DNA from: an uncultured Thermococci archaeon
GTDB taxonomy: Archaea > Methanobacteriota_B > Thermococci > Methanofastidiosales > B48-G16
NCBI GenBank assembly: GCA_964595645.1
Contig: CAZQQT010000001.1
Coordinates: 1 to 64,000 of the forward strand
Length of the DNA: 64,000 bases
Direction: 5' to 3'
The notes beneath the pieces were generated by a model. That model worked only from the letters and a program-made list of their open reading frames with translations, searched no databases and was not told where the DNA came from. Shown one piece after another: positions 49,405 to 60,253 of the stretch. The translations under genes and the position numbers were made by a program. Position 1 is the stretch's first letter, and the number at the start of each line of letters is the position of its first letter.

Positions 49405-50505
49405 TCACCTCTGCAGATGCTCCAAAAACTTTTGTGTTTTCGGTTTTAATTCTCTTTCTCCAAGAACTCCGGATCGTTCGAACTCCTCTATTTTTCTTTT
49501 GAGTTCCTCTTCACTCAATTTAAAATACCCCAATGTTTTTTCTAGGTCTCCAGTAACTCTATAGTAGGCAATACCCCCTACAATAAGACTTTTTTCGTAT
49601 TTTCCCAGTTTTTGCAGCTCTTCTTCTAGTTTCTCTTTCAATTTAATTATTTTTTCATACTTACCAAGTTTTTCCTCCGGTGTCTTCTTCGCAAGTGTGG
49701 GGAATATTCCTGCATACCTTTCTCTCTCGTATTTTCCTTTTTTTAGGTAAAACATTGCAAGATCGAAGAGAAAAGCATCCACACCGAGGGGAGCATACGA
49801 GATCGAAAGAATTTTTCTCGTGTATCTATTTTTTATCAGTCCTCCTCTTTCACGGTGGAGTTTGAAGTTTTCTATTTCTCGTTTGTTTTTTATTTTATTT
49901 CTGTACTCCTCCAATGAGACGTGTCTCTTCTTCCTCCTTGACTTCCGCTTCATGTAGAGGCTAACCGAGCTTACTTTCCCTTTTTCTTTATCAGCAATTT
50001 TCGTGATTTTTCTATAATTTTTCCTCTGTTCCGGACTAAAATTACTTAATTTTACCATATAATCGCCGGAAAACGGGATATAGCCAAGTATTTCCAGTCT
50101 GTATACTCCTTCCTCGTTTTCGCAGAACGTGAGATCCCGGTGGAGATGATTCAATGCTTCTCTTCCTTTATACGTTTTGTCATTTTTTAACATTACAGCG
50201 TCCGAAAGATGCCCCAATGCGATTTTATGAGCGGAGATAGCATAAGAATTTCTTTCATAGGTCGATTTTTTAAGCTGTGCCTTTTTCCTGAAGGAGGAAG
50301 AAGCCCCTTTCAGGCCCTTCAGGGGATAGTACGGGTGTGGAAACCCATAGAATTTCATTTTCTCTCTGAAATCTTTTAACCCCAACAAATTCTCTGAAAG
50401 CTCGTCATATGTTTTTTTAAAGTATTCTTTATCGTGTAGTCTATCCAGATCGAATTTATACTCAAGAGAATCTAAAAATTTGTTCACATCGTAGGATAGA
50501 CTCAT
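49405..50505 (-). CDS. DUF530-family archaeal protein
   Basis: NKFLD, GFPHPY, AHKIALGHL, LGYIPFSGDY, RERYAGIFP. Confidence 0.7.
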   Translation of the reverse strand: MSLSYDVNKFLDSLEYKFDLDRLHDKEYFKKTYDELSENLLGLKDFREKMKFYGFPHPYYPLKGLKGASSSFRKKAQLKKSTYERNSYAISAHKIALGHLSDAVMLKNDKTYKGREALNHLHRDLTFCENEEGVYRLEILGYIPFSGDYMVKLSNFSPEQRKNYRKITKIADKEKGKVSSVSLYMKRKSRRKKRHVSLEEYRNKIKNKREIENFKLHRERGGLIKNRYTRKILSISYAPLGVDAFLFDLAMFYLKKGKYERERYAGIFPTLAKKTPEEKLGKYEKIIKLKEKLEEELQKLGKYEKSLIVGGIAYYRVTGDLEKTLGYFKLSEEELKRKIEEFERSGVLGERELKPKTQKFLEHLQR

Positions 50506-50506
50506 T

Positions 50507-51226
50507 TTATCCCTTTATCACCTGCACGATCTCCTTTAACTTCTCCAGATTTTTCTCTGCAATGGTGCCGGTGACCACGATATCTGCGATCTTCGATATT
50601 TCACCTGCTTTTTTCACATCTCTAATTCCGCCACCTACAATCACAGGGATGTCTACAGCCCCTTTCACGTACTGAATCATCTTTAATGGTACAGGCTCTG
50701 GTGCTCCCGAACCTGCTTCAAGGTACACAAACTTCATCCCCATATACTGTGCCGCCAGTGCGTAGCTCGCAGCAATCTTCGGTTTGTGCCGAGGGAGAAG
50801 ATCTGCTTCTCCGATAAACCCGGCAGTCTCTCCTGGTTCTACTATGAGATAACCCATGGGAAGTGGCTCGAGACCAGCACGTTTCACTTGAAAGGCTCCC
50901 AATGCCTGAGCCTTCGTGATGAAATAGGGATTTCTTGAGTTTAACAGCGACATGAAAAAGATTGCGTCTGCATACTTGCTTATTCCACCTATACCTCCCG
51001 GAAAGAGAATCGCAGGGAGTTCAATTGTCTCCTTGATAGTTTTTACAAGAGTATCGAGCTCAGCCCCCATGATCTGAGTTGAGCCGCCTATCATTATGGC
51101 GTCTGTGGGTACTTCTTTCAGTTTCCTCAGTGTATGTTTGTCCTTCACCATTGCTGAATCTGGGTCGATGAGAGTAAAATGCAGTGGATGTTCCTTCTTT
51201 TCCGTGAGATATTTTTCTACGTTCAT
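50507..51226 (-). CDS. Geranylgeranylglyceryl phosphate synthase
   Basis: TLIDPD, MIGGS, LFPG, SLLNSRN, YLEAGSG, VGGGIR. Confidence 0.93.
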   Translation of the reverse strand: MNVEKYLTEKKEHPLHFTLIDPDSAMVKDKHTLRKLKEVPTDAIMIGGSTQIMGAELDTLVKTIKETIELPAILFPGGIGGISKYADAIFFMSLLNSRNPYFITKAQALGAFQVKRAGLEPLPMGYLIVEPGETAGFIGEADLLPRHKPKIAASYALAAQYMGMKFVYLEAGSGAPEPVPLKMIQYVKGAVDIPVIVGGGIRDVKKAGEISKIADIVVTGTIAEKNLEKLKEIVQVIKG

Positions 51227-51280
51227 TTTCTACACCTAAAAATTTTTGCAATGGCCAGACATATAAATTTTTTGCAAAAT

Positions 51281-51937
51281 TCAGATCACATTATGTTCTA
51301 GTTTTCCCACATGCTCGATCGCCAGGGTCACATGATCTCCCCTATTCATCTTTCCCACACCTTCAGGTGTTCCCGTGGCGATCACGTCTCCAGGTTCGAG
51401 TGTCATGATCCGGGAGACATACTCGATGATTTCATCGATTGTAAATACCATATACCGCGTATTTGATTTCTGTCGTAGTTGATTGTTTCTCCATAGGTTG
51501 ATACTCAACCTGTGGGGGTCCGGTACCTCCTCCTTTTTCACAATATCGGAGATCGGTGCAAAAGTATCAAATCCCTTCGATACACTCCATGGGTGTCCTT
51601 TCTTTTTTGCTTTGTTCTGGAGATCTCGCGCAGTAATATCCAAAAAGGCAGCGTATCCAATGATGTGATCCCATGCTTCCTTCTTCGAGATATTTTTGCC
51701 ACCCTTGCCGATTACCACAGCCAGTTCCCCTTCGTAGTGTACTTCCTTGGATAGGTTGGGGATCACAATGTCTTCATAATTGTGTATTATAGCCGATGAG
51801 GGCTTTAAAAAGAGGATAGGCGTGCTTGGAAGTTCACTATTCATTTCTTCTGCGTGTTTTCTGTATGTACGTGCAAGACAGATTATTTTTGTCGGATATA
51901 CTTCTTCATCTGTATCCTTTATTCTTAGAGGTTTCAT
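51281..51937 (-). CDS. Fumarylacetoacetate hydrolase family protein
   Basis: FLKP, HYEGEL, DITARD, KGFDT, PGDVIATGTPEGV. Confidence 0.92.
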   Translation of the reverse strand: MKPLRIKDTDEEVYPTKIICLARTYRKHAEEMNSELPSTPILFLKPSSAIIHNYEDIVIPNLSKEVHYEGELAVVIGKGGKNISKKEAWDHIIGYAAFLDITARDLQNKAKKKGHPWSVSKGFDTFAPISDIVKKEEVPDPHRLSINLWRNNQLRQKSNTRYMVFTIDEIIEYVSRIMTLEPGDVIATGTPEGVGKMNRGDHVTLAIEHVGKLEHNVI

Positions 51938-51990
51938 GAGCGTGATGCTGTGAAAAGGTTTAAATAGCTTTTTCTGCATGATTTTTACTG

Positions 51991-54207
51991 ATGGAAGTAC
52001 AACTGAAAGTTGCAGGTGCACGGCAGGAAGATGTCGGGAGAGGGATTGTGAGGGTAGCCACGAAGTTCCAGAAAGAGATCGGTGTATCGCAGGGAGATAT
52101 CGTGGAAATTATTGGAAACAGAAAGACCGCTGCCATTGTGGTGGACGCGTACGCTGATGATGCCGGTCTTGATATCATACGTATGGATGGACTCATACGA
52201 AAAAATGCCAAGACCTCCATGGGGGAGTTCGTGACTATTAAAGAAGCTGACGCAAAATCAGCAAAAAAAGTTGCTCTCGCACCAGCACAGAAGGGCATGA
52301 GGATCATGATCTCCGGTAATGTTGTTTCCCGGAATTTGAAAGGGAGAGTTGTGAAAAAAGGGGACGTAATAAGCCTTGTATCTCAAAGAAAGGATCCCTT
52401 TGCAGAATCGATCTTCACCGATCTATTCGATGTGATCTCCGGTTCGCCCTTTGGTCTCGGCGAGATCCGATTTGTGGTAGTGAATACATCTCCCTCCGGT
52501 GTGGTGCAGATGACGAACGTTACCAAGGTAGAGGTGCTTCCCGAAGCCGTGGACATTGAGGAAACAGAGATGCCTACCATCACCTATGAGGACATTGGGG
52601 GATTGAAAAGGGAGATACAGAAGGTACGTGAGATGATCGAGCTCCCACTGAAACATCCGGAGCTTTTTGACCGACTCGGTATCGATTCTCCAAAAGGCGT
52701 ACTGCTCTATGGGCCACCAGGTACCGGAAAGACACTTATTGCCAAGGCGGTGGCGAGCGAGAGCAATGCTCATTTCATTTCTATCAACGGTCCTGAGGTC
52801 ATGTCAAAATTTTACGGACAGAGTGAAAAGAATCTACGGAAAATTTTCAAAGAAGCAGAAAAAAATGCTCCCTCTATTATATTCATCGATGAACTGGATG
52901 CGATAGCTCCTGAGAGGGGGGAGGTTTCGGGCGAAGTTGAGCGACGTGTTGTCGCGCAGCTCCTCGCGTTAATGGATGGATTGAAGGCACGGGGGAAAGT
53001 GATTGTTATTGCAGCTACAAACAGACCTGAGGGGCTCGAACCTGCTTTACGCCGACCTGGACGGTTTGATAGAGAGATTGAGATAGGTGTTCCTACCCGG
53101 GAAGGACGGAAGGAAATACTCCAGATCCACACACGGGGAATGCCGCTCGAGGGCGTGGACCTCATCTCCCTGGCAAATATTACCTATGGGTTTGTTGGGG
53201 CGGATCTCGAGGCTCTCTGCAAAGAAGCGGCCATGAATTCTTTGAGAGGCATCCTTCCAGATATAAATCTTGAAGAGGAAAGAATACCTCCAGATGTACT
53301 TAAAAACATAAAAGTAGTAAAAAAAGACTTTAAAGATGCACTAAAGATCGTTGAACCCTCTGCAATGCGAGAAGTCTTTGTACGAACACCCATGGTTAAA
53401 TGGAGTGATATTGGCGGATTGAGGGAGGCAAAGGAGAAACTGCGAGAAAGTGTGGAATGGCCACTGAAATATCCGGAACGGTTTAAACGACTGGGAATAC
53501 GGCCTCCTAAAGGTATATTTTTATACGGCCCTCCTGGCTGTGGAAAGACACTCCTGGCAAAGGCAGTGGCCAGTGAGAGTGATGCAAACTTTATCCCGGT
53601 GAAAGGACCCGAAGTGCTCTCCAAATGGGTGGGAGAAAGTGAAAAGGCCATACGAAAGATATTCAGAAAGGCTAGGCAGGTATCCCCGAGTATTATCTTC
53701 TTCGATGAGCTGGATTCTATTGCATCTCCCAGAGGAGAGGAGATAGGGAGTAAAGTTGGTGAACGTGTGGTGGATCAGCTCCTCACCGAGATGGATGGTC
53801 TGGAGGAGTTGAGCAGTGTTGTGGTTATCGGTGCTACAAATAGACCCGATATCATCGATCCCGGGCTGTTAAGACCCGGACGGTTCGACAGTAAAATACT
53901 GGTCCCTGCTCCCGATAACGAGGAAAAACGTGAGATACTGGATGTACACACACGGGAAATGCCGCTCGATGATGATATCGATCTCGATTATCTCGTGGGC
54001 CATACAACCAATTTTTCGGGTGCAGATATCGAGGCACTGGTGAGGGAAGCGGCAATGATAGCCCTGCGAGAGAATGAAGATGCTGAAATGGTGAGCATGC
54101 ACCATTTCAAAAAGGCACTCAAGGAGATACATCCTTCTGTTCCTCGGGAGGCGCTCCGGAGTTACGAACTTCCCACCGTGGAAAAGAAAAGTAATATCTA
54201 CGGATAG
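51991..54207 (+). CDS. cdc48: CDC48/VCP family AAA+ ATPase
   Basis: N-domain; two AAA modules ([16 protein letters not shown]; RPGRFD). Confidence 0.96.
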   Translation: MEVQLKVAGARQEDVGRGIVRVATKFQKEIGVSQGDIVEIIGNRKTAAIVVDAYADDAGLDIIRMDGLIRKNAKTSMGEFVTIKEADAKSAKKVALAPAQKGMRIMISGNVVSRNLKGRVVKKGDVISLVSQRKDPFAESIFTDLFDVISGSPFGLGEIRFVVVNTSPSGVVQMTNVTKVEVLPEAVDIEETEMPTITYEDIGGLKREIQKVREMIELPLKHPELFDRLGIDSPKGVLLYGPPGTGKTLIAKAVASESNAHFISINGPEVMSKFYGQSEKNLRKIFKEAEKNAPSIIFIDELDAIAPERGEVSGEVERRVVAQLLALMDGLKARGKVIVIAATNRPEGLEPALRRPGRFDREIEIGVPTREGRKEILQIHTRGMPLEGVDLISLANITYGFVGADLEALCKEAAMNSLRGILPDINLEEERIPPDVLKNIKVVKKDFKDALKIVEPSAMREVFVRTPMVKWSDIGGLREAKEKLRESVEWPLKYPERFKRLGIRPPKGIFLYGPPGCGKTLLAKAVASESDANFIPVKGPEVLSKWVGESEKAIRKIFRKARQVSPSIIFFDELDSIASPRGEEIGSKVGERVVDQLLTEMDGLEELSSVVVIGATNRPDIIDPGLLRPGRFDSKILVPAPDNEEKREILDVHTREMPLDDDIDLDYLVGHTTNFSGADIEALVREAAMIALRENEDAEMVSMHHFKKALKEIHPSVPREALRSYELPTVEKKSNIYG

Positions 54208-54263
54208 CCATGCCAAACTTTATAAATGCGTTCATGGGATGTAGTGATACTTGAGGCGATGCA

Positions 54264-54458
54264 ATGGGAAAAATACGACCGACGTTCATTAAAAGACCAG
54301 CGAAAGAAATATACGATCTATATTCAGACAATCTGACATCGGATTTTTATAAAAACAGAGAATATTTGAAGGATAAAGTGGATTTTCCAAACGATAGGAT
54401 AGAGAACAGGGTAGTTGGATACATTACCACCCTTGTAAAAAAGGGAAATGCAGGTTAA
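54264..54458 (+). CDS. rps17e: 30S ribosomal protein S17e
   Basis: MGKIRP..IKR, DF..N, NRVVGYIT. Confidence 0.88.
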   Translation: MGKIRPTFIKRPAKEIYDLYSDNLTSDFYKNREYLKDKVDFPNDRIENRVVGYITTLVKKGNAG

Positions 54459-55471
54459 CGCTCTTCTAAGAATCCTGATTTTTTCAGTAATGTTGTGATA
54501 TCATCTTCTGAAGGGTGGGATATTTTGTATCGTTCCATGAGTGCATCCCGCTGTTTGTCCATTTCCTGTGCTTTGAGCTTGAGCAGTCGTCTGTAGTGTT
54601 TTTCTTCTTCGTCTTCTATCCCTTCCAACATCCCATGTATCATCTTGTCTCTTTTTTCGAGTTTGTAGAAAAGTAATCTATCGTATGCCTCCTCGTAGTA
54701 TCTATCCTTTATCTCGAACATTCCGCTGATGTACGATTTTAGGGCCTTTTTATAGTATATAAAAACATTATAAAATATTTTCTCTGAAAAAGAGCTAATT
54801 TTTTCTCTTTGCATAGATCTTTCTATCAGCGTCTTGTAGATGAGTACCTTTTCCCTGTTTTCCTGTAGCAATTTTTTCGAAGTTAATCGTTTCTTTCTTT
54901 TTTCTAGAAACTTTAGACCTTCCTCAAGATAGGTTTTATACTCCATTTTAAATACATTTGAGGTCTGTCTTCCCACCAGGTAATCCACTATCACAAATTT
55001 TAAGTCCCCATCCTTGATTATTTTGTTCACAAAATCGTAACAGACAGCTATCCATAGGTTGTACTCTTCACCTTCCCCGAAAAGGATCTCCTCCAGCGAG
55101 ATGTTCAGCGATCCGACTACGTACTTCTTACTGCTTTTGTAGAATCCTATAAAGTATTTGTCAGTAGTAAAGGCTACTGGTGTTCCTTCCATGAGTTTTT
55201 TCAGTATCTTTTCCTCTCTGTGTTCCAATTTTTTTAGATTTTTAAAATACACAAGATTTTCTTTGTTAAACTTGTCCTCCATCTGTGCTCTAAATACATT
55301 GCTGAAGTATTCGACTGTCTCCATGAGGTACTTGCTGAGATACTCCTCCCCCCACACATCCGTCCCTTTTTTGTAAAACCGGACTTCTGCATCCATGTCT
55401 TCCAGAAACTTTATGATCGTTCGTGTCATATTCGCGATTTGGTCTTCCTCTATAACCATCTCATTCAACAT
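54455..55471 (-). CDS. Hypothetical protein (338 aa, K/E-rich) directly downstream of minD
   Basis: Long ORF, 4-bp gap from minD, no recognised domain. Confidence 0.75.
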   Translation of the reverse strand: MLNEMVIEEDQIANMTRTIIKFLEDMDAEVRFYKKGTDVWGEEYLSKYLMETVEYFSNVFRAQMEDKFNKENLVYFKNLKKLEHREEKILKKLMEGTPVAFTTDKYFIGFYKSSKKYVVGSLNISLEEILFGEGEEYNLWIAVCYDFVNKIIKDGDLKFVIVDYLVGRQTSNVFKMEYKTYLEEGLKFLEKRKKRLTSKKLLQENREKVLIYKTLIERSMQREKISSFSEKIFYNVFIYYKKALKSYISGMFEIKDRYYEEAYDRLLFYKLEKRDKMIHGMLEGIEDEEEKHYRRLLKLKAQEMDKQRDALMERYKISHPSEDDITTLLKKSGFLEER

Positions 55472-55475
55472 ATAT

Positions 55476-56231
55476 TCACCCTAAAATTTTCCGAAGTCTC
55501 TCGTATGGTGTAGTAGATTCTTCTATTCTCTTTCCAAGGAGCGTTTTCCCCAGTTTGCACATGGCCTTTGACGCGGCAGAGTTTGGAGTTCTTGTACAGA
55601 AGAGTTTCCCAAAGGCCACAGATCGCTGTACTTCAGGGTCCTCGGGGATCACACCTAAACATCTACTTTCCATCACCGTTTCTATTTCGTTAATCGAGAG
55701 TTCACTGACCTCGTATTTTACCCTGTTCACCACAAGACCAAGAAGTGTAGTATTTAGTAGATCACAGACCTTTTTTATTTTAAAGGCGTCTGTAATACTG
55801 GCTACCTCGGGGGTAATGATTAGAAGTGTAGATTCGGCACCAGCTAGTGCCGATATCGCGTCTGCTTCGAGTCCTGGAGACGTATCGATGAGGAGGTAAT
55901 CGATATTTTGTGTGAGTGTAGCAAACACCTCTTCTAACCTATCAGCTCTGGCCTTTCTCACCTGTGAGAGGGACATTCCAGCGGGTACGATCTTCACCCC
56001 ATACTTCTCATACACTGCATCCTCTATTGTGGCTTCTCCCGCGAGTACCTCACTCAATGTTACTTCAGGATACTCGAGATCTAATAAGAGAGATAAATTC
56101 GCCATTTTTAAATCTGCATCCAAAATAAGCACATTCTTACCGGCTTCAGAGAGTACGACACTCAAATTCGATGTGAGGACACTTTTTCCTGTGCCGCCTT
56201 TCCCCGATGTAATGGCAATTGAGTGACCCAT
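55476..56231 (-). CDS. minD: Archaeal MinD-family ATPase
   Basis: SGKGGTGKS, DADL.MANL, DTSPG, PE..SITDA, IPEDP; amphipathic tail YERLRKILG. Confidence 0.88.
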   Translation of the reverse strand: MGHSIAITSGKGGTGKSVLTSNLSVVLSEAGKNVLILDADLKMANLSLLLDLEYPEVTLSEVLAGEATIEDAVYEKYGVKIVPAGMSLSQVRKARADRLEEVFATLTQNIDYLLIDTSPGLEADAISALAGAESTLLIITPEVASITDAFKIKKVCDLLNTTLLGLVVNRVKYEVSELSINEIETVMESRCLGVIPEDPEVQRSVAFGKLFCTRTPNSAASKAMCKLGKTLLGKRIEESTTPYERLRKILG

Positions 56232-56311
56232 AAATACGTTCGCTTCCCATATATAAAAAAACTTTTCGTAAGATTTGAGGGTGACATCGTATAATAGAGA
56301 GAGATCGACTT

Positions 56312-56977
56312 TTATAACCGAAGATCATCGGCATGCTTTCCGACAACGATCTCTCTTCCTACACCCCCTTCAACGTACTTTTCTGGGTATCGGGAAAAAA
56401 TCTCGGAAGAGTATCGTGTACAGTGAGCAGGACAGATCATTTCTAGGGGTTCGAGTGCCTCAAACGCTCTAAATCTGTGCAATCCCCCAATAAGACCGTA
56501 CAATTCTCCAAATTCGGATGCTGCCGTGAGAATATCTCCCACACCAGAATGAGAACATCCAACGAAGACGACAACGCCTCTTTCTGTGTTCACCGCGAGC
56601 GACTGCTCGACATTTTTGAGTTCGCCTGTGGAGAAGATGCCTTCATGAAGTTTGAGTGGGGTATCTACGGTAACAATTTCTCGTGCATTTGCATCTGTAG
56701 AGAATGAAGAGGGGATATATACGGTAACGTCCCTATGGATGGTGAGGAAGTCCCTCAGCCCGCCTGTGTGGTCTCCATGAGCATGAGAAATGACGATATC
56801 GTCAATGGAAAAAGGGTCAAGACCGAGCTCTCTCATATTATTGAGGAGTATCATGCCGTTAGCGCCCGTATCAAAGAGAATATTTACTCCTTCTGTCTCT
56901 AATACACACGCAAACCCCCAGTCCGCTTTCAATCCTTCTTTATAGAGCTCGTTATCGTATACGATAGTGGCTTTCAT
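56312..56977 (-). CDS. MBL-fold metallo-hydrolase (7,8-dihydropterin/tRNase Z-like)
   Basis: LFDTG, SHAHGDHTGG, GCSH.G, GGLH, PAHCT. Confidence 0.88.
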   Translation of the reverse strand: MKATIVYDNELYKEGLKADWGFACVLETEGVNILFDTGANGMILLNNMRELGLDPFSIDDIVISHAHGDHTGGLRDFLTIHRDVTVYIPSSFSTDANAREIVTVDTPLKLHEGIFSTGELKNVEQSLAVNTERGVVVFVGCSHSGVGDILTAASEFGELYGLIGGLHRFRAFEALEPLEMICPAHCTRYSSEIFSRYPEKYVEGGVGREIVVGKHADDLRL

Positions 56978-57026
56978 CTACTCTACTTCTTTTCACAATC
57001 TATATAAATTTTCCGGCAGAAAAGAA

Positions 57027-57491
57027 TCACCGTTTACTTCCTTCCGATCGTGTACTCCCCTTATACTTCCCCGTATATTCTTCTTCTGTAGCAGAAGAAA
57101 GAGCTACAAATGATATCTGTGCAAGTCGTTCTCCTTTCTCGATCTCTACAGGATGTTCACTTGCATTGAATACAGAAAGCGAGAGCACACCGATCCAGCC
57201 AGGATCAACCCATCCGAAACTCCCTATTAATCCTTCCCGACAGAACGAAGACCGGAGTTTAAGGTCTCCCATCAGGTTTTTCATTCCTACACGCTCAAGT
57301 GTGGACAGAATCGCATGTGTTTTTGGTGGAATTTCGAGTTTCTCCCCCCTCCACGTGTCCTCGTTGAGGATACACTCCCCGCTAAATCGCAGATCGTACC
57401 CTGCCGGCTGAAGACTTTCCTTATTAAAAGGATCAATTGTGATTTTCTTCTTTTTCAGGTGTGTAAGGATGTCTCTGTCCGAGAGTATCAT
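57027..57491 (-). CDS. dcd: dCTP deaminase/dUTPase family protein
   Basis: ILSDRDI, QPAGYDLR, RSS..REG, VDPGW.G, YTGKY. Confidence 0.85.
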   Translation of the reverse strand: MILSDRDILTHLKKKKITIDPFNKESLQPAGYDLRFSGECILNEDTWRGEKLEIPPKTHAILSTLERVGMKNLMGDLKLRSSFCREGLIGSFGWVDPGWIGVLSLSVFNASEHPVEIEKGERLAQISFVALSSATEEEYTGKYKGSTRSEGSKR

Positions 57492-57722
57492 CTATAACCG
57501 TTCCATCGGTGTAAAATCACGCACGTTATTTTTTCGTACAACAACAGTCCCCAATTTTTTTGTCATTGTTTCGCTTACCATCTCAGCATTGCCAAGCGAG
57601 AGGTTAAGGTCTGTGTCATATCCGAGAAGTTCTCCCCGCAGACATCTCCCGTCCTTCAATGTGATCTCGACTTTCTTATTGAGGCTTTGGTGCACGATAT
57701 CCAGTGGTCTACTTACGTCCAT
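57492..57722 (-). CDS. Sm-like archaeal protein (Lsm/SmAP)
   Basis: RPLD, LKDGR..RG.L.GYD..LNL.L, LGTVVVR. Confidence 0.88.
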   Translation of the reverse strand: MDVSRPLDIVHQSLNKKVEITLKDGRCLRGELLGYDTDLNLSLGNAEMVSETMTKKLGTVVVRKNNVRDFTPMERL

Positions 57723-57793
57723 GCAACGAGTTTGCATCTCCATATAAAAGTCTTTTGCAGACACCTTTTTATTTCCCTAAAAATAGTACCGGC

Positions 57794-58642
57794 ATGAAAA
57801 ATGATCTTCTACTCCTCCTCGTGAGTTTTTTCTGGGGAATCACATTTGTTACGGTAAAGGAGGCCATTCAGTTCATGCCGCCCTTCAGTTTTCTTTCTTG
57901 GAGGTTTTCTCTCGCTTTTCTACTCCTTTTCCTTGTATCAATAAAAAGGGTGAGAAGGATCGATATCGAGATAGGAAAGTACGGAATATTTATTGGACTC
58001 TTTCTGTTCATGGGATACGGATTTCAAACGGTGGGTCTTCAGTACACTACCCCGGCAAATGCAGGGTTCATCACGGGACTTTCGGTGGTGATTGTGCCTG
58101 TGCTCTCCGCAGTTATCCTGAAAACTACTCCTTCGAAAAACACTGTTTTCGGCGCGATACTGGCATGCATTGGGCTGGCGCTCTTATCTTTCCAGCGATT
58201 TGCGATGAGTTATGGGGATCTTCTGGTATTGGTTTCTGCCTTCTGTTTTGCTATGCATATCATTTTAGTTGGAAAATACTCTCCCCGAACGGATACGTTC
58301 CTGATTACCACTATTCAGATAGGAGCTGTGGCTCTTTTTTCTACTCTTTTTAGTTTTACAGAACCTTCCTTTGAGTTCAACCTTACGATTGTTGAAGCAT
58401 TGATAATCACTGCATTTTTTGCAACATTTTTGGCGTTTTTAATCCAGAATTCAGCACAGAAATATGTATCTCCAACGCATACGGGATTGATATTTGCCAT
58501 GGAGCCGGTATTCGCTGCCGTGTGTTCTTATCTCCTTATCGGTGAAGTTTTCACCCTGCGGAAGATTGTGGGCTGTGTATGCATCCTTCTGGGGATGGTA
58601 CTGGCCGAGCTGAGGAGTGGAAGGAAAAAGGGCAAACAGTAG
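57794..58642 (+). CDS. DMT/EamA family transporter
   Basis: FWGITF, GLQYTTPANAGFITG, MEPVFAA; about 10 TM segments. Confidence 0.92.
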   Translation: MKNDLLLLLVSFFWGITFVTVKEAIQFMPPFSFLSWRFSLAFLLLFLVSIKRVRRIDIEIGKYGIFIGLFLFMGYGFQTVGLQYTTPANAGFITGLSVVIVPVLSAVILKTTPSKNTVFGAILACIGLALLSFQRFAMSYGDLLVLVSAFCFAMHIILVGKYSPRTDTFLITTIQIGAVALFSTLFSFTEPSFEFNLTIVEALIITAFFATFLAFLIQNSAQKYVSPTHTGLIFAMEPVFAAVCSYLLIGEVFTLRKIVGCVCILLGMVLAELRSGRKKGKQ

Positions 58643-58741
58643 GTATACCCATATTAATAGTTCCTTTTCGGCAGAAGTGTTTAATTATTCTTCTTCTGTC
58701 TATTAGAAAAATTTAAATATGATTACTAACTATAATAGTAT

Positions 58742-60253
58742 ATGATAAAAATAAAAGAGAAAATAATGGGTCTTGTTCTTTTACTGCTCATTTGTGTTTC
58801 AATGTGTTCAGAAGCTCCAGATACACAGACAGATCAATTAACGGTAACCAAATTTGTTTTCTGTACGAACGTTCTCCAAAACGGAGAGTATACTCTCCGT
58901 GCCAATGCTCAGTTCACAACAGAAGAAAGTATTCACCTTTATTTTGAAATTCAAAATATGAAAGTCGATGAAACGGATGGAAAGTATGCAGTCTCGCTGA
59001 AATGGGATTCTCTAAGGATATACAAGGCTGGAACACTCGTTGATGAAAAGCATAATGTGTTAAATTATAGTCAGCAGTTCGATACAGATGTTTCTTATGT
59101 GTGGATGTCGAGACCTCTCGACGTGACACAGCCCGGCACCTACGAAGTACACGTGAAGGTGATAGACACTTACACAGGAAATGAAGTCACGAAGAAAGGG
59201 ACATTTACTATTCTTACAGCAACGGGAGAGGTTCCATCGGATACACCGTCCTCTTCTTCAACTACACCATCGTCCTCTACCTCTGTCACAGAGCAGGATA
59301 TCGATGTGACGTACTACTACTTCCCCCAGATACCATCAGCTACATACCATCTTTTCGGCAATGTATACCAACACTATGTCGATGTTGAGTTGGTCAACAA
59401 CAGCAGTCAGGAGATACGAACGAAGATAGAGGCACAGATCATGAACTTCACCGATGCATCCTTCCAGACGGTGGATATCCCCGCAAATGAAAGCGGTGTA
59501 GTGAGTTTGACACCTCCCCTCATGCCGAATGTGTTGGATCTTCTCTCCGAACAGAAACGGACGAATTTCCACATCAAGGTCACGTACGTTGAAAACGGCG
59601 TAGAGAAGTTAGTGTTTGAGGATACGGTCTCGGTGACGATGCTCGCAAAACGAGATATGGTGCTCTGGATGGAAAACATCGATTTCAGGGAGAACATTGC
59701 TGCGTGGGTCACACCAAATGATTCATCCATCGATGGCTTCTTTTCCACTGCGAAGAAGTACATGCCCGGTGGATCCTTCTCGGGGTACCAAGAGGATGAA
59801 GAAGGTGTGTTCAATCAGTTGGAGAAGATCTACTATACTTTGAAGACGGAGTACAAGATCTCCTACGTGAGTACACCGAACTTCAGAACGTATAATAATG
59901 GGGAGGATGTGATCCAGCGGATCCGGTTCCCCTCCGAGACACTGCAGAGCGGTATCGGGAACTGTATCGAGACAACAGTACTTTTTGCCTCCATCTTTGA
60001 GTCCTTGGAACTGCAAACAGCGATAATGTTCCGACCTGGCCACGCCTACGTGGCGGTGAAAACACATGAGTACTGGTACTTCATCGAGACAACAATGCTT
60101 GGACAGCAGGATGTTTCCTTTTACGATGCGTTACGAGTCGGTCTTGACACGTATAACAAAGATAAGCCCCACCTGGACAACAACGAGGAGGGGTATCTTA
60201 TTCTCCATATCAGTGACTGTCGAGCCGCAGGTATCTCACCTATCGAGGGTTAA
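58742..60253 (+). CDS. Putative lipoprotein with Ig-like domains and C-terminal transglutaminase-like domain
   Basis: Signal peptide with Cys, PGTYEV, S/T linker, AAWVTPND, QRIRFP.E, GNCIE, GHAY, IETT. Confidence 0.78.
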   Translation: MIKIKEKIMGLVLLLLICVSMCSEAPDTQTDQLTVTKFVFCTNVLQNGEYTLRANAQFTTEESIHLYFEIQNMKVDETDGKYAVSLKWDSLRIYKAGTLVDEKHNVLNYSQQFDTDVSYVWMSRPLDVTQPGTYEVHVKVIDTYTGNEVTKKGTFTILTATGEVPSDTPSSSSTTPSSSTSVTEQDIDVTYYYFPQIPSATYHLFGNVYQHYVDVELVNNSSQEIRTKIEAQIMNFTDASFQTVDIPANESGVVSLTPPLMPNVLDLLSEQKRTNFHIKVTYVENGVEKLVFEDTVSVTMLAKRDMVLWMENIDFRENIAAWVTPNDSSIDGFFSTAKKYMPGGSFSGYQEDEEGVFNQLEKIYYTLKTEYKISYVSTPNFRTYNNGEDVIQRIRFPSETLQSGIGNCIETTVLFASIFESLELQTAIMFRPGHAYVAVKTHEYWYFIETTMLGQQDVSFYDALRVGLDTYNKDKPHLDNNEEGYLILHISDCRAAGISPIEG

